Assembly (NCBI GenBank): GCA_963699755.1
Contig: CAVOVB010000001.1
Coordinates: 1,440,001 to 1,504,000, forward strand
From: an uncultured delta proteobacterium
GTDB taxonomy: Bacteria; Myxococcota_A; Polyangia; Polyangiales; Houyiibacteriaceae
DNA: 64,000 nt
Direction of reading: 5' to 3'
The position numbers and the translations under genes were made by a program. Positions 27,539 to 37,419 of this stretch are shown in pieces (positions within the stretch are counted from its first letter, which is position 1; the number at the start of each line of letters is the position of its first letter). The notes below the pieces were generated by a model. The model worked only from the letters and a program-made list of their open reading frames with translations. It did no database searches and was not told the origin of the DNA.

Positions 27539-29173
27539 TCATCGAGGGTCGACGATATCAGCCGCTTCGTAGATTGTGCGCTCGAGGTGCACTAGGTCAA
27601 AAGGCTTTTCAATTCGGAGGTTTGGAACGCTTTGAAGGAAGTCCCTGGCCCGCTGGGTGAAGGCGCCTCCGGTCATGAACACGATGCGGTCATTCACTGG
27701 CGTCGCCCGTTGCAGGGCCGCTCGATAGACGTCCATGCCCGTCATCTCCGGCATGATCAGGTCACAGAGAATCACGTCGTAGGCATGCTGCCCCATGAGC
27801 GCGACCGCCTCGCGGCCGTCGTTGGCCGTTGTGACGTCGTGTTTGACGAGCGCCTTCTGAATGAGTCGCGCGATGACTGGCTCGTCGTCGACGACTAGAA
27901 GCGACAGCTTGCCCCGCGTCGCCCGCCGGACTGCGCTCATCGACGTAGGTGGAATCGAGAGGGGACGTTTCGGGCGCGGCGCCTTTGGCAAGACGACACG
28001 GGCGACCGTCCCTTGGCCGGGATGACTTTGAATCTCGATCGTGCCTTCGAGTGAATATACGATGCGTCGGCAGATGGAGAGCCCGAGTCCGGTTCCGCGT
28101 CCTGCGGGCTTCGTCGTCACGAAGGGATCGAAGATCCTGCGCAACAGCTGTGATGAAATGCCGGGTCCCGTGTCTTGAACCTCCACGCAAATCCGATCTG
28201 ATTCGGTGCTACGCGCGCGAACCGTGATGGTGTTCCGCGTTCGATCCCCTGGCTCGATCGCCTGCGCTGCGTTGACGATCAAATTCAGGAACACTTGACC
28301 GATGCGCGTTCTCGAGCCTTGAATGTACAGGTGACCTTCTTCGTACTCACGAACGATCCTGGCCCGGTGTTGCATCTCGGGCTGCGCCATTCGGATCGCC
28401 GCATCCAGGACCTGCTTGAGCTTGACCGTCTCGACCTCGACCCCGTCTCCGCCGTGCGACGACGAGGTGATTTCATTGGAGATTAGCCGTATCCGCTCCG
28501 CGCCTTCGTAGGCTTCGCGGATGAGCTCCGCGCCTTCGGGAGACAAGGGTTCGCCGGAATCTCGAATCGCCCGCAAATGGTTCCAAACGAAAGTGAGTGG
28601 GTTCTTGATCTCGTGAATGATGCTTGCGGTGAGTGTTCCAATCGCCGACATGCGTTCCGCCAACAAGAGACGTTGCTGAAGCTCGTGCTCGGCGCTCATG
28701 TCGGTGACGAAGACAATCGCACGATCGAAGCGCCCGTTCTCGCTTTCCACGAAACGCCAGTGCACGCGGACATCTCGCGGTTCTTGCGAGCAGGTCATAA
28801 TCGCAGTCTCGAGATGGACGTCGTGCTCGTTGCGGAAGGCGGCCATCAGAATGCGCAAAAAGTCGGACTTGGACTCGGCGGTCAGCAGCTCCCGAGACCG
28901 ACGGATGCACTCCTGCGCGCTTGCCGCGCCCACGAGTGAGACCGCACCAGCGCTCACCCGATGAATCCGGACTCGCTCTAGACACTCCCCGAGCGCTTCG
29001 GGATTGTTTCGCACCAACTGCTTGAATGCGTCGGCATCTCGACAGCTCTGCGCTTCAATCCAGTCGAGCGGACCTCTGAAGTCGAGATCCCACAGAGCGC
29101 TCGGCAGGAGCTCCCAGAGGCGTTCATCGCGCTGGGCTTCTGGCTCTTTCGATGGGCGGATGAGACGAACCAT
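27539..29173 (-). CDS. Cytoplasmic hybrid histidine kinase (PAS-like, HisKA, HATPase, REC)
   Basis: H-box IIHEIKNPL, N-box QVFLNLIVNA, DTGPG and GTGLGL; REC VVDDE...ILCDLIMP...EKPF. Confidence 0.92.
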   Translation of the reverse strand: MVRLIRPSKEPEAQRDERLWELLPSALWDLDFRGPLDWIEAQSCRDADAFKQLVRNNPEALGECLERVRIHRVSAGAVSLVGAASAQECIRRSRELLTAESKSDFLRILMAAFRNEHDVHLETAIMTCSQEPRDVRVHWRFVESENGRFDRAIVFVTDMSAEHELQQRLLLAERMSAIGTLTASIIHEIKNPLTFVWNHLRAIRDSGEPLSPEGAELIREAYEGAERIRLISNEITSSSHGGDGVEVETVKLKQVLDAAIRMAQPEMQHRARIVREYEEGHLYIQGSRTRIGQVFLNLIVNAAQAIEPGDRTRNTITVRARSTESDRICVEVQDTGPGISSQLLRRIFDPFVTTKPAGRGTGLGLSICRRIVYSLEGTIEIQSHPGQGTVARVVLPKAPRPKRPLSIPPTSMSAVRRATRGKLSLLVVDDEPVIARLIQKALVKHDVTTANDGREAVALMGQHAYDVILCDLIMPEMTGMDVYRAALQRATPVNDRIVFMTGGAFTQRARDFLQSVPNLRIEKPFDLVHLERTIYEAADIVDPR

Positions 29174-29277
29174 GAGCTTGGCGCAAGAGTCCTTCCGGGC
29201 ACAAAGACATCGAATCCTAGCGAAGAGAGGGCTCCGCGCCTAGAAGGCGCCCGCGACAGCACCGGGGCCCAATGAAT

Positions 29278-30027
29278 TCAGGCGCGATCGCGTCCAAGGG
29301 CGCTCCGCGCCTCAAGAACCAGCGCTTCGACCTCTGCCCGAGCGATCCTCGCGGCAGCCCGAGCGTCGAGGCCCGGGGGCAGGTGCTCGCCCAGACGGAC
29401 CGCGATTCGAGTTCTCGGGCGCGCAGCGATCTTGGCAATGTGTGTGCCGAACGATTCCTTGCCGTACGGAATCGCTGGCGAGTAGGCGAGCCCAACGGGA
29501 ATGATCGGCACGCCAAGCGAAGCAACCGCCGCGAAGGCGCCCGGGTGAAACTCGTGGACGGAATCCCCGGGGAAGGTTCGGCCTTCGGGAAAGGCAACGA
29601 CCGTGCGTCCTTCTTTCGCTCGCCTTCGGATCTCACGCAGCGCCAGGGCGCCACTGCGGCGGTCTTCGCGGTCGACGAAGATCGTATCGCCGTGCTTTGC
29701 CAAGCGACCGAGCAGTGGCCAATCCGCCACGTCGTGCCGACTCACCAGGACCCCTTCGAAGAGATAGAGCATCACTGCGATGTCGAGCGCGCTCTGGTGA
29801 TTGGCGACGACCAAAGCCCCGCCAAGATGCCTGCGCTGACCAACGAGCAGGAGCTCCGCGCCGAAGACGCGCAGAATCCCGTCGGTCAAACGCCTGCGGT
29901 ACCGATTTGCGAGCACCTCTCGTCCCGACTCGGGGGTCATCGCCCTGTGGGTTTCGTAGGCCAAGAGAATGCTTGCGGAGTATCCGACGAAGGCGCCAGT
30001 GCGTAAGACGGCCCGCAGTTTGCTCAT
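29278..30027 (-). CDS. 1-acyl-sn-glycerol-3-phosphate / lysophospholipid acyltransferase
   Basis: NHQSALD, IFVDR and FPEG. Start moved to ATG 30027, after GGAGGG. Confidence 0.9.
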   Translation of the reverse strand: MSKLRAVLRTGAFVGYSASILLAYETHRAMTPESGREVLANRYRRRLTDGILRVFGAELLLVGQRRHLGGALVVANHQSALDIAVMLYLFEGVLVSRHDVADWPLLGRLAKHGDTIFVDREDRRSGALALREIRRRAKEGRTVVAFPEGRTFPGDSVHEFHPGAFAAVASLGVPIIPVGLAYSPAIPYGKESFGTHIAKIAARPRTRIAVRLGEHLPPGLDARAAARIARAEVEALVLEARSALGRDRA

Positions 30028-30085
30028 TTTCCCTCCTTCCGACTTTGGACTCGCGGAGCATCGGATTTGATGGCAGTCTCGGCTC

Positions 30086-30658
30086 GTGGCGGCATCACTT
30101 GCACCGGGTTTCCTCGTGGCGGCACCGTCGATGCGGTGCCCGTTTTTCAATCATACGCTCGTGCTCCTGATCGATCACGGGGATGAAGGCTCTTTTGGCT
30201 TCGTCGTCAATCGCGTGACCGAACTCCAGATCGAAGACGTCTTCAATGAAGTTGGCGTGACGGGAGATGCGGCTGCGAAAGTGAGCGCACCGGTCATGCT
30301 CGGTGGGCCGGTTTCCCCGGAGTCGGGTTGGATCCTCTACGACGTAGAAGGCGTTCCTCAGCCCTCGACGGGTCATACGATCGCGGTGAGCCCGCGCATC
30401 GCCTGCAGCGCATCGATCGAGCTCTTGGAGCGTATCGCCCGAGGAGATGGGCCCGACACCTGTGCGATGATCCTCGGCTACTCGGGATGGGGAGCAGGAC
30501 AACTCGAGAGTGAGATGAAGCAGGGGTCCTGGATTCCGGTCGACCTCGACTACGAAATCGTCTTCGACACGCCGATTGAAAAGCGCTGGGAAGCGGCGCT
30601 CGCGACCCTTGGAATCGACCCGGCTCGCTTCGTCGACAACCAAATCGCAAGCGCCTGA
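30086..30658 (+). CDS. YqgE/AlgH family protein (DUF179)
   Basis: FLVAAP, GSFGFVVNR, GGPV and GYSGWGAGQLESEM..GSW. Confidence 0.92.
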   Translation: MAASLAPGFLVAAPSMRCPFFNHTLVLLIDHGDEGSFGFVVNRVTELQIEDVFNEVGVTGDAAAKVSAPVMLGGPVSPESGWILYDVEGVPQPSTGHTIAVSPRIACSASIELLERIARGDGPDTCAMILGYSGWGAGQLESEMKQGSWIPVDLDYEIVFDTPIEKRWEAALATLGIDPARFVDNQIASA

Positions 30659-30725
30659 GACAGGCTCAATCGGCGAGAGGTCGGTCGCCTTGTTTCTAGC
30701 GGGGTCAGAGGCTAACTCAACCGCG

Positions 30726-31526
30726 ATGAGGTTTTGCCTCGACAACTCGATTTGGATCGCTCTGCTTGCGCTCGCTGCCGCCTGCGGTGGTAGCTCGGCG
30801 AGCTTGAGCAAGACCGGAAAGAGCACACTCGATCCCGGTGACGACGCGCGCACCGGCTACGAGAAGGCCTTGCTAAATTTTCGTCGCGGCGACTGTCTCT
30901 CCGCCGAGCCGACATTTCAAGAAATTCGGCGGGAGTTCCCCTACAGCCGCTTCGCGGCGCTCGCGGAGCTTCGCATCGGCGATTGCCAGTTCAAGAATGA
31001 AGCCTACCCCGAAGCGATCCAGACCTTTCGCCAGTTCGTCCGGATTCGCCCGTCTCACAAGGAGATTCCGTACGCGCGATTTCGAATCGCCGAGGCTTAC
31101 TACAATCAGATCCCCGGTGGCTGGTTCATGACGCCCCCGTCGAGCGAGCGCGATCAGAGCGCCGCTCGTGATGCGCTGATCCAGCTCCGCCGGTTCGTAG
31201 TGGACTACCCGGACGACCAGCGTGTTCCCGATGCCAACGCGCTCATGGAAAAATGCATGAGCCTGCTCGCCGCCCACGAGCTCTACGTGGCGCGCTTCTA
31301 CCTCAAGCGAAAAGCCTATCGAGGTGTGATTTCGCGGCTCAAAGTCCTGCTTACCTCATACCCGGGAGCCGACGTCGCGCCGCAGGCCCTGCTCCTTCTC
31401 GGGCAGGTCTACCTCCGGACCGACGAGCTGGAGGCGGCCCGGGAAGCCTTCAGCGAAATCGTTCAGCGCTTTCCCGGAAGCGATGAGGCCAAACGTGCCC
31501 AGACCCTGCTCGGCAAGATCGGCTGA
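30726..31526 (+). CDS. bamD: Outer membrane protein assembly factor BamD
   Basis: Lipobox LAAAC; FPYSRFA, RDQSAARDA and LAAHELYVARFY. Start at ATG 30726. Confidence 0.88.
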   Translation: MRFCLDNSIWIALLALAAACGGSSASLSKTGKSTLDPGDDARTGYEKALLNFRRGDCLSAEPTFQEIRREFPYSRFAALAELRIGDCQFKNEAYPEAIQTFRQFVRIRPSHKEIPYARFRIAEAYYNQIPGGWFMTPPSSERDQSAARDALIQLRRFVVDYPDDQRVPDANALMEKCMSLLAAHELYVARFYLKRKAYRGVISRLKVLLTSYPGADVAPQALLLLGQVYLRTDELEAAREAFSEIVQRFPGSDEAKRAQTLLGKIG

Positions 31527-31582
31527 AGGGCCCGAACGCGGATTTCTGGCCAGCGATCAGCCCGATCGTTACCTTCGGGCCC

Positions 31583-32290
31583 ATGGCTCCTTGGGCTCAA
31601 CAGATTCTAGACGCCGCGAACAAGCACTACGATCGCGCGGAGTACCCGCTTGCTCAGCCCTACTACGAGAAGCTCGTGCAGCAGGGACTACGATATCCCG
31701 ACGTGTTCAATCGACTGGGCGTCATTTATCACCTAAACGGTCGGCTTCCCGAAGCGCGCTGGTGCTTCGAGCAGGCGCTCGAGGTCAACTCCGGCTATCT
31801 CGAGGCCGCGCTCAACCTCACGGTGACCTGTAACGAGCTTGGCGCATATGGATCGGGTGCACGCACCTTGGAACGGGCTCAGCGCCAGTCCGACTCTTCC
31901 AGCGATGCCTACCGGCGCGGTAAGGTCGCCAATCTTCACCGTGCGCTCGCCCGGGCATACCTGGATCTGGACCGCCCGGAGGACGCGATGCACGAGTTTG
32001 GGCGCGCCCTTCGGCTCTGCCCGAAGTTCCACGACATTCGTCTCGAGCTCGCCAGGTTGCTCAGGCTTCGCGGCAACGCACACGGGGCCCGCGAGGAGCT
32101 GACGCTCATCCTGCAGCTCGACCCGGAGCACCAGGATGCTCGTACGCTCTTGGGCGTCATCGAAATCGAGACCGGGGACCATGGTCAGGGCGTTCGTCAC
32201 CTGCAGGCAGTTGTCGCGCAATGCGCCGACCATCCGGTCGCCCGGGCCTACCTCGAGCAAGCGGCTTCGGACTACCAGCGCGCGTCCTAA
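31583..32290 (+). CDS. Tetratricopeptide repeat protein
   Basis: TPR units YPDVFNRLGVIY..G, FEQALEVN and RALRLCP. Confidence 0.85.
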   Translation: MAPWAQQILDAANKHYDRAEYPLAQPYYEKLVQQGLRYPDVFNRLGVIYHLNGRLPEARWCFEQALEVNSGYLEAALNLTVTCNELGAYGSGARTLERAQRQSDSSSDAYRRGKVANLHRALARAYLDLDRPEDAMHEFGRALRLCPKFHDIRLELARLLRLRGNAHGAREELTLILQLDPEHQDARTLLGVIEIETGDHGQGVRHLQAVVAQCADHPVARAYLEQAASDYQRAS

Positions 32291-32345
32291 GCGTCGTATC
32301 GGATCGCGTTGTAGACGTTGCAAACGGTGCCACACTACCCCCCAA

Positions 32346-34391
32346 GTGGCTCCATCAGTCCTTCTCCTCGACGACGACGCTCAGTTTCGCGCGAGCGTCA
32401 TCCCGGCGCTCGAAGCGCAGGGTCTGCGGGTTTTGGTCGCGACCAAGGGCAGCGTCGCTCGAGCCTTGATCGCGCAAGAAGCGCCCTCGCTGCTCGTCGT
32501 GGACGGCTTGTTGCCGGATACCAACGGAATCACTTGGATTGAAGATCTGCGACGAGAGGGGTTCGAGACGCCGATCATCTTCGTTTCGGCATTTTATCGA
32601 GACCTCCCGACCTTCAGGCACCTCACCCACGAGCTCGACGTTGCCAAGGTCTTCCACAAGCCCGTCACGGTCGATCGATTCGCCCGCGCAGTGGCAAACG
32701 TCGTGGCGAAGCACCGAAGCGATGCGCCAGTTGCTGCAGCTGCGCCTAGGTCCAACGACGATACCGCCGAAGAAGTGCTCTTCCCCGACGAGGCTTCAGC
32801 CGCCAGCGTAGACTCCAACCGCGCCAGGGAGTCGTACCTAAGCCTTCTTCCGATCGCTGCCGACAACCTCTCCGGCGCGATTCGTCGCGTGCATTCGGAG
32901 GCCGAGCGAACCAGTGTGGTATCGGACGCGCTTCGTCAGGCACACGAGCTTCAAGGCGCCGCACAGGCGCATGGTCTGAACGAGATCTCCGATGCCGCAG
33001 GTCGCATCGAGCTAGAGCTCCGGCAGCTGCAGGAGTCGGGCCGCCTCGATTGGACGACGATGTTCGAATCGATCGATTCGGTGCGCGCTCACGCCGCCGC
33101 AGCCGTGGGCCGTCCGAACGATACTCCGTCCATGGCCGCCGCCCCGCCTTCGGTCACGCCGGCCGCAAGCTTCTTCCTTCATCGTCCGATTCCCAAGGAT
33201 TTCGTGCCGACGCTGCTCGCGCTCGAGGACGACCCGGCGATGATCGCCTACCTCCGGTCGGCTATCGACGAGGTGCTCGTGCACCTCAGGCCGGTCTCCA
33301 ACGTCGACGAAGCCCTCAAGATTGCGGCGCGAAATGCGCCGACGGCGGTGCTCGTGGGCTGGCCCCTTCAGGACAGAGAGGCGCTCACCCGTTTCCTTCC
33401 CCTCTTCCGCAGCTTGCAGGGGTGCGCCGAAACGCCAGTCATTCTGCTCTCCGTTGACGACGACCCGCACACTCGAGCTCACGCGGCTCAAGTCGGGGTC
33501 GACATCTTCCTACCGCACCCGATCGAGCTCGTACGATTGCACCACGCGCTGAGCACGGCAGTCGAACGCGCGATGACCCCGCGTCCGAAAGTCGCCGTGC
33601 TTCGCGACCCCGACGCTGCGCGGCTCATCGGAGAGTCGGGCATCGAGTGCTTGCTCTACTTCAGCCTCGATGAGCTCTTGCGCGAGATCGACGTGCAGTG
33701 CCCAGACGCAATTCTGTTGGGGTCGAGCGTGACCGGGAAGCAGGTGCCGGCGATCATTCGCATGTCTGCCTGGGATTCGGACTTCGGGCTGCTCTGCTTC
33801 GACGACTCGCCGCTCGCCTACGAGCGCGAGATCAGCGAGTGCTTGATTCGATCATCGGGTTGGTTGGCGCACCTGCACGCTGAAGCCGATCGAATGGCAC
33901 GACTCCGCCGGCAGCAATTGCGTTGTAGCCAGACGGGCTTGCTGACGCGCCCGGCGGCGGTCGCGGCACTCGAATTCGGACTTTCATCCGCTCAGCGTCA
34001 CGGACGCACCTACTCGATTGGTCTCATGCGGACGACCGGCCTAGATGGGCTCGACCACGTCCAGGCACGCCGATTACGGACCTACCTGGGCCGAATGATC
34101 TACGGGCGGTTCCGGCGCGAAGACGTACGAGGGCGCTGGGATGAAGACACCTTCGTCGTTGGCTTCGATGCGCAGAGCGCACGCGCGATCGTGGACGTCA
34201 TCCGCAGGCTTCAGTCCGACCTGGAGGCGCGCCGCATCCGGCAGCCCGAGGAGCTCTCCTTCTTGCACGTGGCGGTCGGCCTCGCCTCCTACCCCCTCGA
34301 TGGCGATACCATTAGGGCCCTCATTCTCGCGGCCCACGAGCGCCTGGAAGCGGCGGTCGCACGCGATCCAGGGGCCCTCGTTTGGCGCTAG
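32346..34391 (+). CDS. Multidomain response regulator: REC-Hpt-pseudoREC(s)-degenerate GGDEF
   Basis: REC LLLDDD/LVVDGLLPD/FHKP; Hpt AHELQGAA; C-terminal QTGLLTR and RREDVRGRWDEDTF. Start moved to GTG 32346. Confidence 0.8.
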   Translation: MAPSVLLLDDDAQFRASVIPALEAQGLRVLVATKGSVARALIAQEAPSLLVVDGLLPDTNGITWIEDLRREGFETPIIFVSAFYRDLPTFRHLTHELDVAKVFHKPVTVDRFARAVANVVAKHRSDAPVAAAAPRSNDDTAEEVLFPDEASAASVDSNRARESYLSLLPIAADNLSGAIRRVHSEAERTSVVSDALRQAHELQGAAQAHGLNEISDAAGRIELELRQLQESGRLDWTTMFESIDSVRAHAAAAVGRPNDTPSMAAAPPSVTPAASFFLHRPIPKDFVPTLLALEDDPAMIAYLRSAIDEVLVHLRPVSNVDEALKIAARNAPTAVLVGWPLQDREALTRFLPLFRSLQGCAETPVILLSVDDDPHTRAHAAQVGVDIFLPHPIELVRLHHALSTAVERAMTPRPKVAVLRDPDAARLIGESGIECLLYFSLDELLREIDVQCPDAILLGSSVTGKQVPAIIRMSAWDSDFGLLCFDDSPLAYEREISECLIRSSGWLAHLHAEADRMARLRRQQLRCSQTGLLTRPAAVAALEFGLSSAQRHGRTYSIGLMRTTGLDGLDHVQARRLRTYLGRMIYGRFRREDVRGRWDEDTFVVGFDAQSARAIVDVIRRLQSDLEARRIRQPEELSFLHVAVGLASYPLDGDTIRALILAAHERLEAAVARDPGALVWR

Positions 34392-34462
34392 CATTGCCGC
34401 TCGCGTCCGCGCGCCGGACGCGCTAACCTTGAGCTATCGAACCGAGAGCGCAGCGCGGCCCC

Positions 34463-35440
34463 GTGGAGACCGATGTAGCCGCCGACATCGAGGTCGCTGA
34501 TCCAAGCTTGATGCTCAGGCTCACGGGCCCAGGAGGATCGAATTTGCGCACGCTCGAAGCCGAGCTCGGTGTTTCGATGGGCCTGCGTGGCGCCACGATT
34601 CACGTTCAGGGACCCAACCGGGACGTCGAGTTGGTCGAGCGTGTGCTCCACGAGCTCATCGATGCGCTTCAGTTTCGAGACCTCAGCGCCGTCGAAATGG
34701 CACGGGCGGCACGCACGCTTCGCGCCCATCCGCAGATGAGGCTGCGTGCGCTTCTGGATGACGTCGTGCTGACGACCTCCAGTCGGCGAATCGTTTCCCC
34801 GAAAGGCGTGACGCAACAAAGTTACATCCAGGCGATCCGCAGCCACGACATCGTCTTCGGGATTGGTCCAGCCGGCACTGGCAAGACCTACCTCGCCATG
34901 GCGATGGCGATTCGTGCGCTGCAGGAGCGGCAGGTCAAGCGAATCGTTCTCACTCGCCCCGCGGTCGAAGCGGGCGAGCGACTCGGTTTTCTACCCGGAG
35001 ACCTTGCCGAAAAGATCAATCCCTACCTTCGACCGCTCTACGATGCCTTGCACGACATGATGGAGCCCGGACGCATCAGCGCGTTGATCGAGCGGGGGAC
35101 CATCGAGGTTGCGCCCCTCGCCTTCATGCGGGGCCGGACCCTCAACGACAGCTTCGTCGTCCTCGACGAGGCCCAGAACACGACGCAGGAGCAGATGAAG
35201 ATGTTCCTGACTCGGCTTGGTTTCGACTCCAAAACGGTCATCACGGGCGACGTGACGCAGGTCGACCTGCCGGGGGGGGCGCGCAGCGGGCTCCGGCACG
35301 CCGAGAAGGTGCTCTCGCAGATCAACGGCATCGAGTTCGTCTACTTCTCCCATGCGGATGTCGTTCGACACCCGCTGGTGCAGCAAATCATCCAGGCCTA
35401 CGATGTGCACGAATCGGATCGTTCCGGCGGTGACATCTAA
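34463..35440 (+). CDS. phoH: PhoH family ATPase with N-terminal KH-like region
   Basis: GPAGTGKT, RPAVEAGERLGFLPG, APLAFMRGRT and LDEAQN. Confidence 0.95.
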   Translation: METDVAADIEVADPSLMLRLTGPGGSNLRTLEAELGVSMGLRGATIHVQGPNRDVELVERVLHELIDALQFRDLSAVEMARAARTLRAHPQMRLRALLDDVVLTTSSRRIVSPKGVTQQSYIQAIRSHDIVFGIGPAGTGKTYLAMAMAIRALQERQVKRIVLTRPAVEAGERLGFLPGDLAEKINPYLRPLYDALHDMMEPGRISALIERGTIEVAPLAFMRGRTLNDSFVVLDEAQNTTQEQMKMFLTRLGFDSKTVITGDVTQVDLPGGARSGLRHAEKVLSQINGIEFVYFSHADVVRHPLVQQIIQAYDVHESDRSGGDI

Positions 35441-35466
35441 GCGCCGCCTGTTATGCTAGCCGCCAC

Positions 35467-36375
35467 ATGACCGAGCGAATCTATGACGGCGCGTTAGACC
35501 TGATCGGCCGCACCCCTTTGGTGCGGCTCGCAAGAATCACTGGTGGCAAGGGTGCCGACGTCTGCGGTAAGCTCGAATCGAGCAACGTGGCTGGCTCCGT
35601 CAAAGATCGGCCCGCACTTTCGATGATTCTCGCCGCCGAGAGGTCGGGGGCGCTCGGCGAAGGTTCGACGGTCATCGAAGCGACTAGCGGCAACACGGGG
35701 ATCAGCCTTGCGATGATCTGTGCCGTTCGAGGCTACCGCTGCATCATCGTGATGCCCGAGGACATGAGCGCGGCGCGTCGATACTTGCTCAAGTCTTACG
35801 GCGCCAAAGTGGTATTGACGGCAGCCGAAGACGGCATGGCAGGCGCGGTTGAGCAGGCAGAACGCCTCCTGAAGACGACGCCTGGTGCAATGATGTGCGG
35901 CCAGTTCGAAAACCCGGCCAACCCCGACATCCATGCCAAGACCACGGCGGAAGAGATTTGGGAGGCCACCGGCGGCAAGGTTGATGCGTTCGTGGCGGGC
36001 GTCGGCACCGGGGGCACCATCACCGGAGTCGGCCGCGTGCTGAAGAAGCGCAACCCCGACATTCGAATCGTCGCGGTCGAGCCGCGGGCAAGCGCTGTGC
36101 TGTCCGGTGGCAAGCCCGGCTTGCACGGCATTCAAGGCCTGGGGGCCGGCTTCATTCCTGCGGTGCTCGACACGAAGCTCGTCGACGAGGTGCTTACCGT
36201 CACCGACCTCGCTGCCGAGCGCATGACCCAGCGTCTAGCGCGCGAAGAGGGCTTGCTCCTGGGGCCGTCTTCGGGCGCAAACGTCCATGCGGCGCTCGAG
36301 GTCTCTCGCCGCCTCAAGGCCGAACAACGAGTCGTCACCATTCTCTGCGATGGCGGCGAGCGATATCTCTGCTGA
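35467..36375 (+). CDS. cysK: Cysteine synthase A
   Basis: IGRTPLV, GSVKDR (PLP Lys), ATSGNTG, GVGTGGT and IQGLGAG. Confidence 0.93.
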   Translation: MTERIYDGALDLIGRTPLVRLARITGGKGADVCGKLESSNVAGSVKDRPALSMILAAERSGALGEGSTVIEATSGNTGISLAMICAVRGYRCIIVMPEDMSAARRYLLKSYGAKVVLTAAEDGMAGAVEQAERLLKTTPGAMMCGQFENPANPDIHAKTTAEEIWEATGGKVDAFVAGVGTGGTITGVGRVLKKRNPDIRIVAVEPRASAVLSGGKPGLHGIQGLGAGFIPAVLDTKLVDEVLTVTDLAAERMTQRLAREEGLLLGPSSGANVHAALEVSRRLKAEQRVVTILCDGGERYLC

Positions 36376-36380
36376 TCTGC

Positions 36381-37094
36381 ATGAACGAGCTCGTCAAAGT
36401 CTCGCGCGCGCTGAGCCGCGTGATCTCGCGGCTCGACTTCAGGGAGCCGGTCACGCACGTCTACAATCCCCTCCAATACGCGAAGCGCCCACACGAGCTC
36501 TACCTGAGCCGCTTCGGCGGCGGGCCCAAAGAGGTAGTCATGATCGGGATGAACCCCGGACCATTCGGCATGGGTCAGACTGGTGTTCCGTTTGGCGATG
36601 TGGGCTTTGTTCGCGATTGGCTGGGCATCGAAGGCGCCGTCGATCGTCCCCGGAACGAGCACCCCAAGCGACCCGTCCTCGGTTTCAGCTGCGAGCGCTC
36701 TGAAGTGAGCGGCTCGCGTCTTTGGGGCTGGGCACGGGCGCGCTTTGGCACGCCCGAGCGCTTCTTCTCCAGGTTCTTCGTGCTCAACTACTGTCCCTTG
36801 CTGTTCATGGAATCGACCGGGCGCAATCGTACACCCGACAAGCTGGCCGTCGACGAGCAGGCGGCCCTGCTGCCCGCATGCGACCGGGCCTTGCGCAATG
36901 CCGTCGAGATCCTCTCGCCGACGACCGTCGTCGGGGTGGGGTCCTGGGCGACCAAGCGTGCCCGCACTGCGCTTGGTGAACAGGGGCCCAGAATCGGCAC
37001 GGTGCTGCACCCGAGCCCAGCAAGTCCCAAAGCCAATCGCGGCTGGGCCGCGCAGGCCGAAAGCGACCTCAGGGGCTTGGGCATCGACTTCTAG
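36381..37094 (+). CDS. SMUG1-family (family 3) uracil-DNA glycosylase
   Basis: GMNPGPFGMGQTGVPFG, SEVSG and LHPSPASP. Confidence 0.92.
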   Translation: MNELVKVSRALSRVISRLDFREPVTHVYNPLQYAKRPHELYLSRFGGGPKEVVMIGMNPGPFGMGQTGVPFGDVGFVRDWLGIEGAVDRPRNEHPKRPVLGFSCERSEVSGSRLWGWARARFGTPERFFSRFFVLNYCPLLFMESTGRNRTPDKLAVDEQAALLPACDRALRNAVEILSPTTVVGVGSWATKRARTALGEQGPRIGTVLHPSPASPKANRGWAAQAESDLRGLGIDF

Positions 37095-37143
37095 GCGCGC
37101 GCAGCTCACGCTTGCGCTATGCTCCGCCTCAGGGGTCCAAGAG

Positions 37144-37419
37144 ATGCGGAGCAAAGTCGTCCAAGTTGCGGCCATCATGGCGCTCAGTCTGGGGTGCGGG
37201 CACGAGTCCGCCGCCACGCAACAAATCAGGAGTGCGGCGGCGGTCGACCTCGACTGTCATGGGTCCCAGATCGAGTTCGTCGACGATTCGCCGATGGCAA
37301 AGCAGGTGAGCGGATGTGGCCGCACGCTGACTTATATGTACAAGTGCAAGCCAGCAGCGGGTGGTGGCCAGACCTGCAGCTGGAAGCCAGTCCGGGACCC
37401 GGACAACAAGCTCAACTAG
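37144..37419 (+). CDS. Small Cys-containing lipoprotein
   Basis: MRSKVVQ...SLGC lipobox, AAVDLDC and VSGCGR..TY. The upstream part of the listed ORF overlaps SMUG1 and is spurious. Confidence 0.7.
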   Translation: MRSKVVQVAAIMALSLGCGHESAATQQIRSAAAVDLDCHGSQIEFVDDSPMAKQVSGCGRTLTYMYKCKPAAGGGQTCSWKPVRDPDNKLN

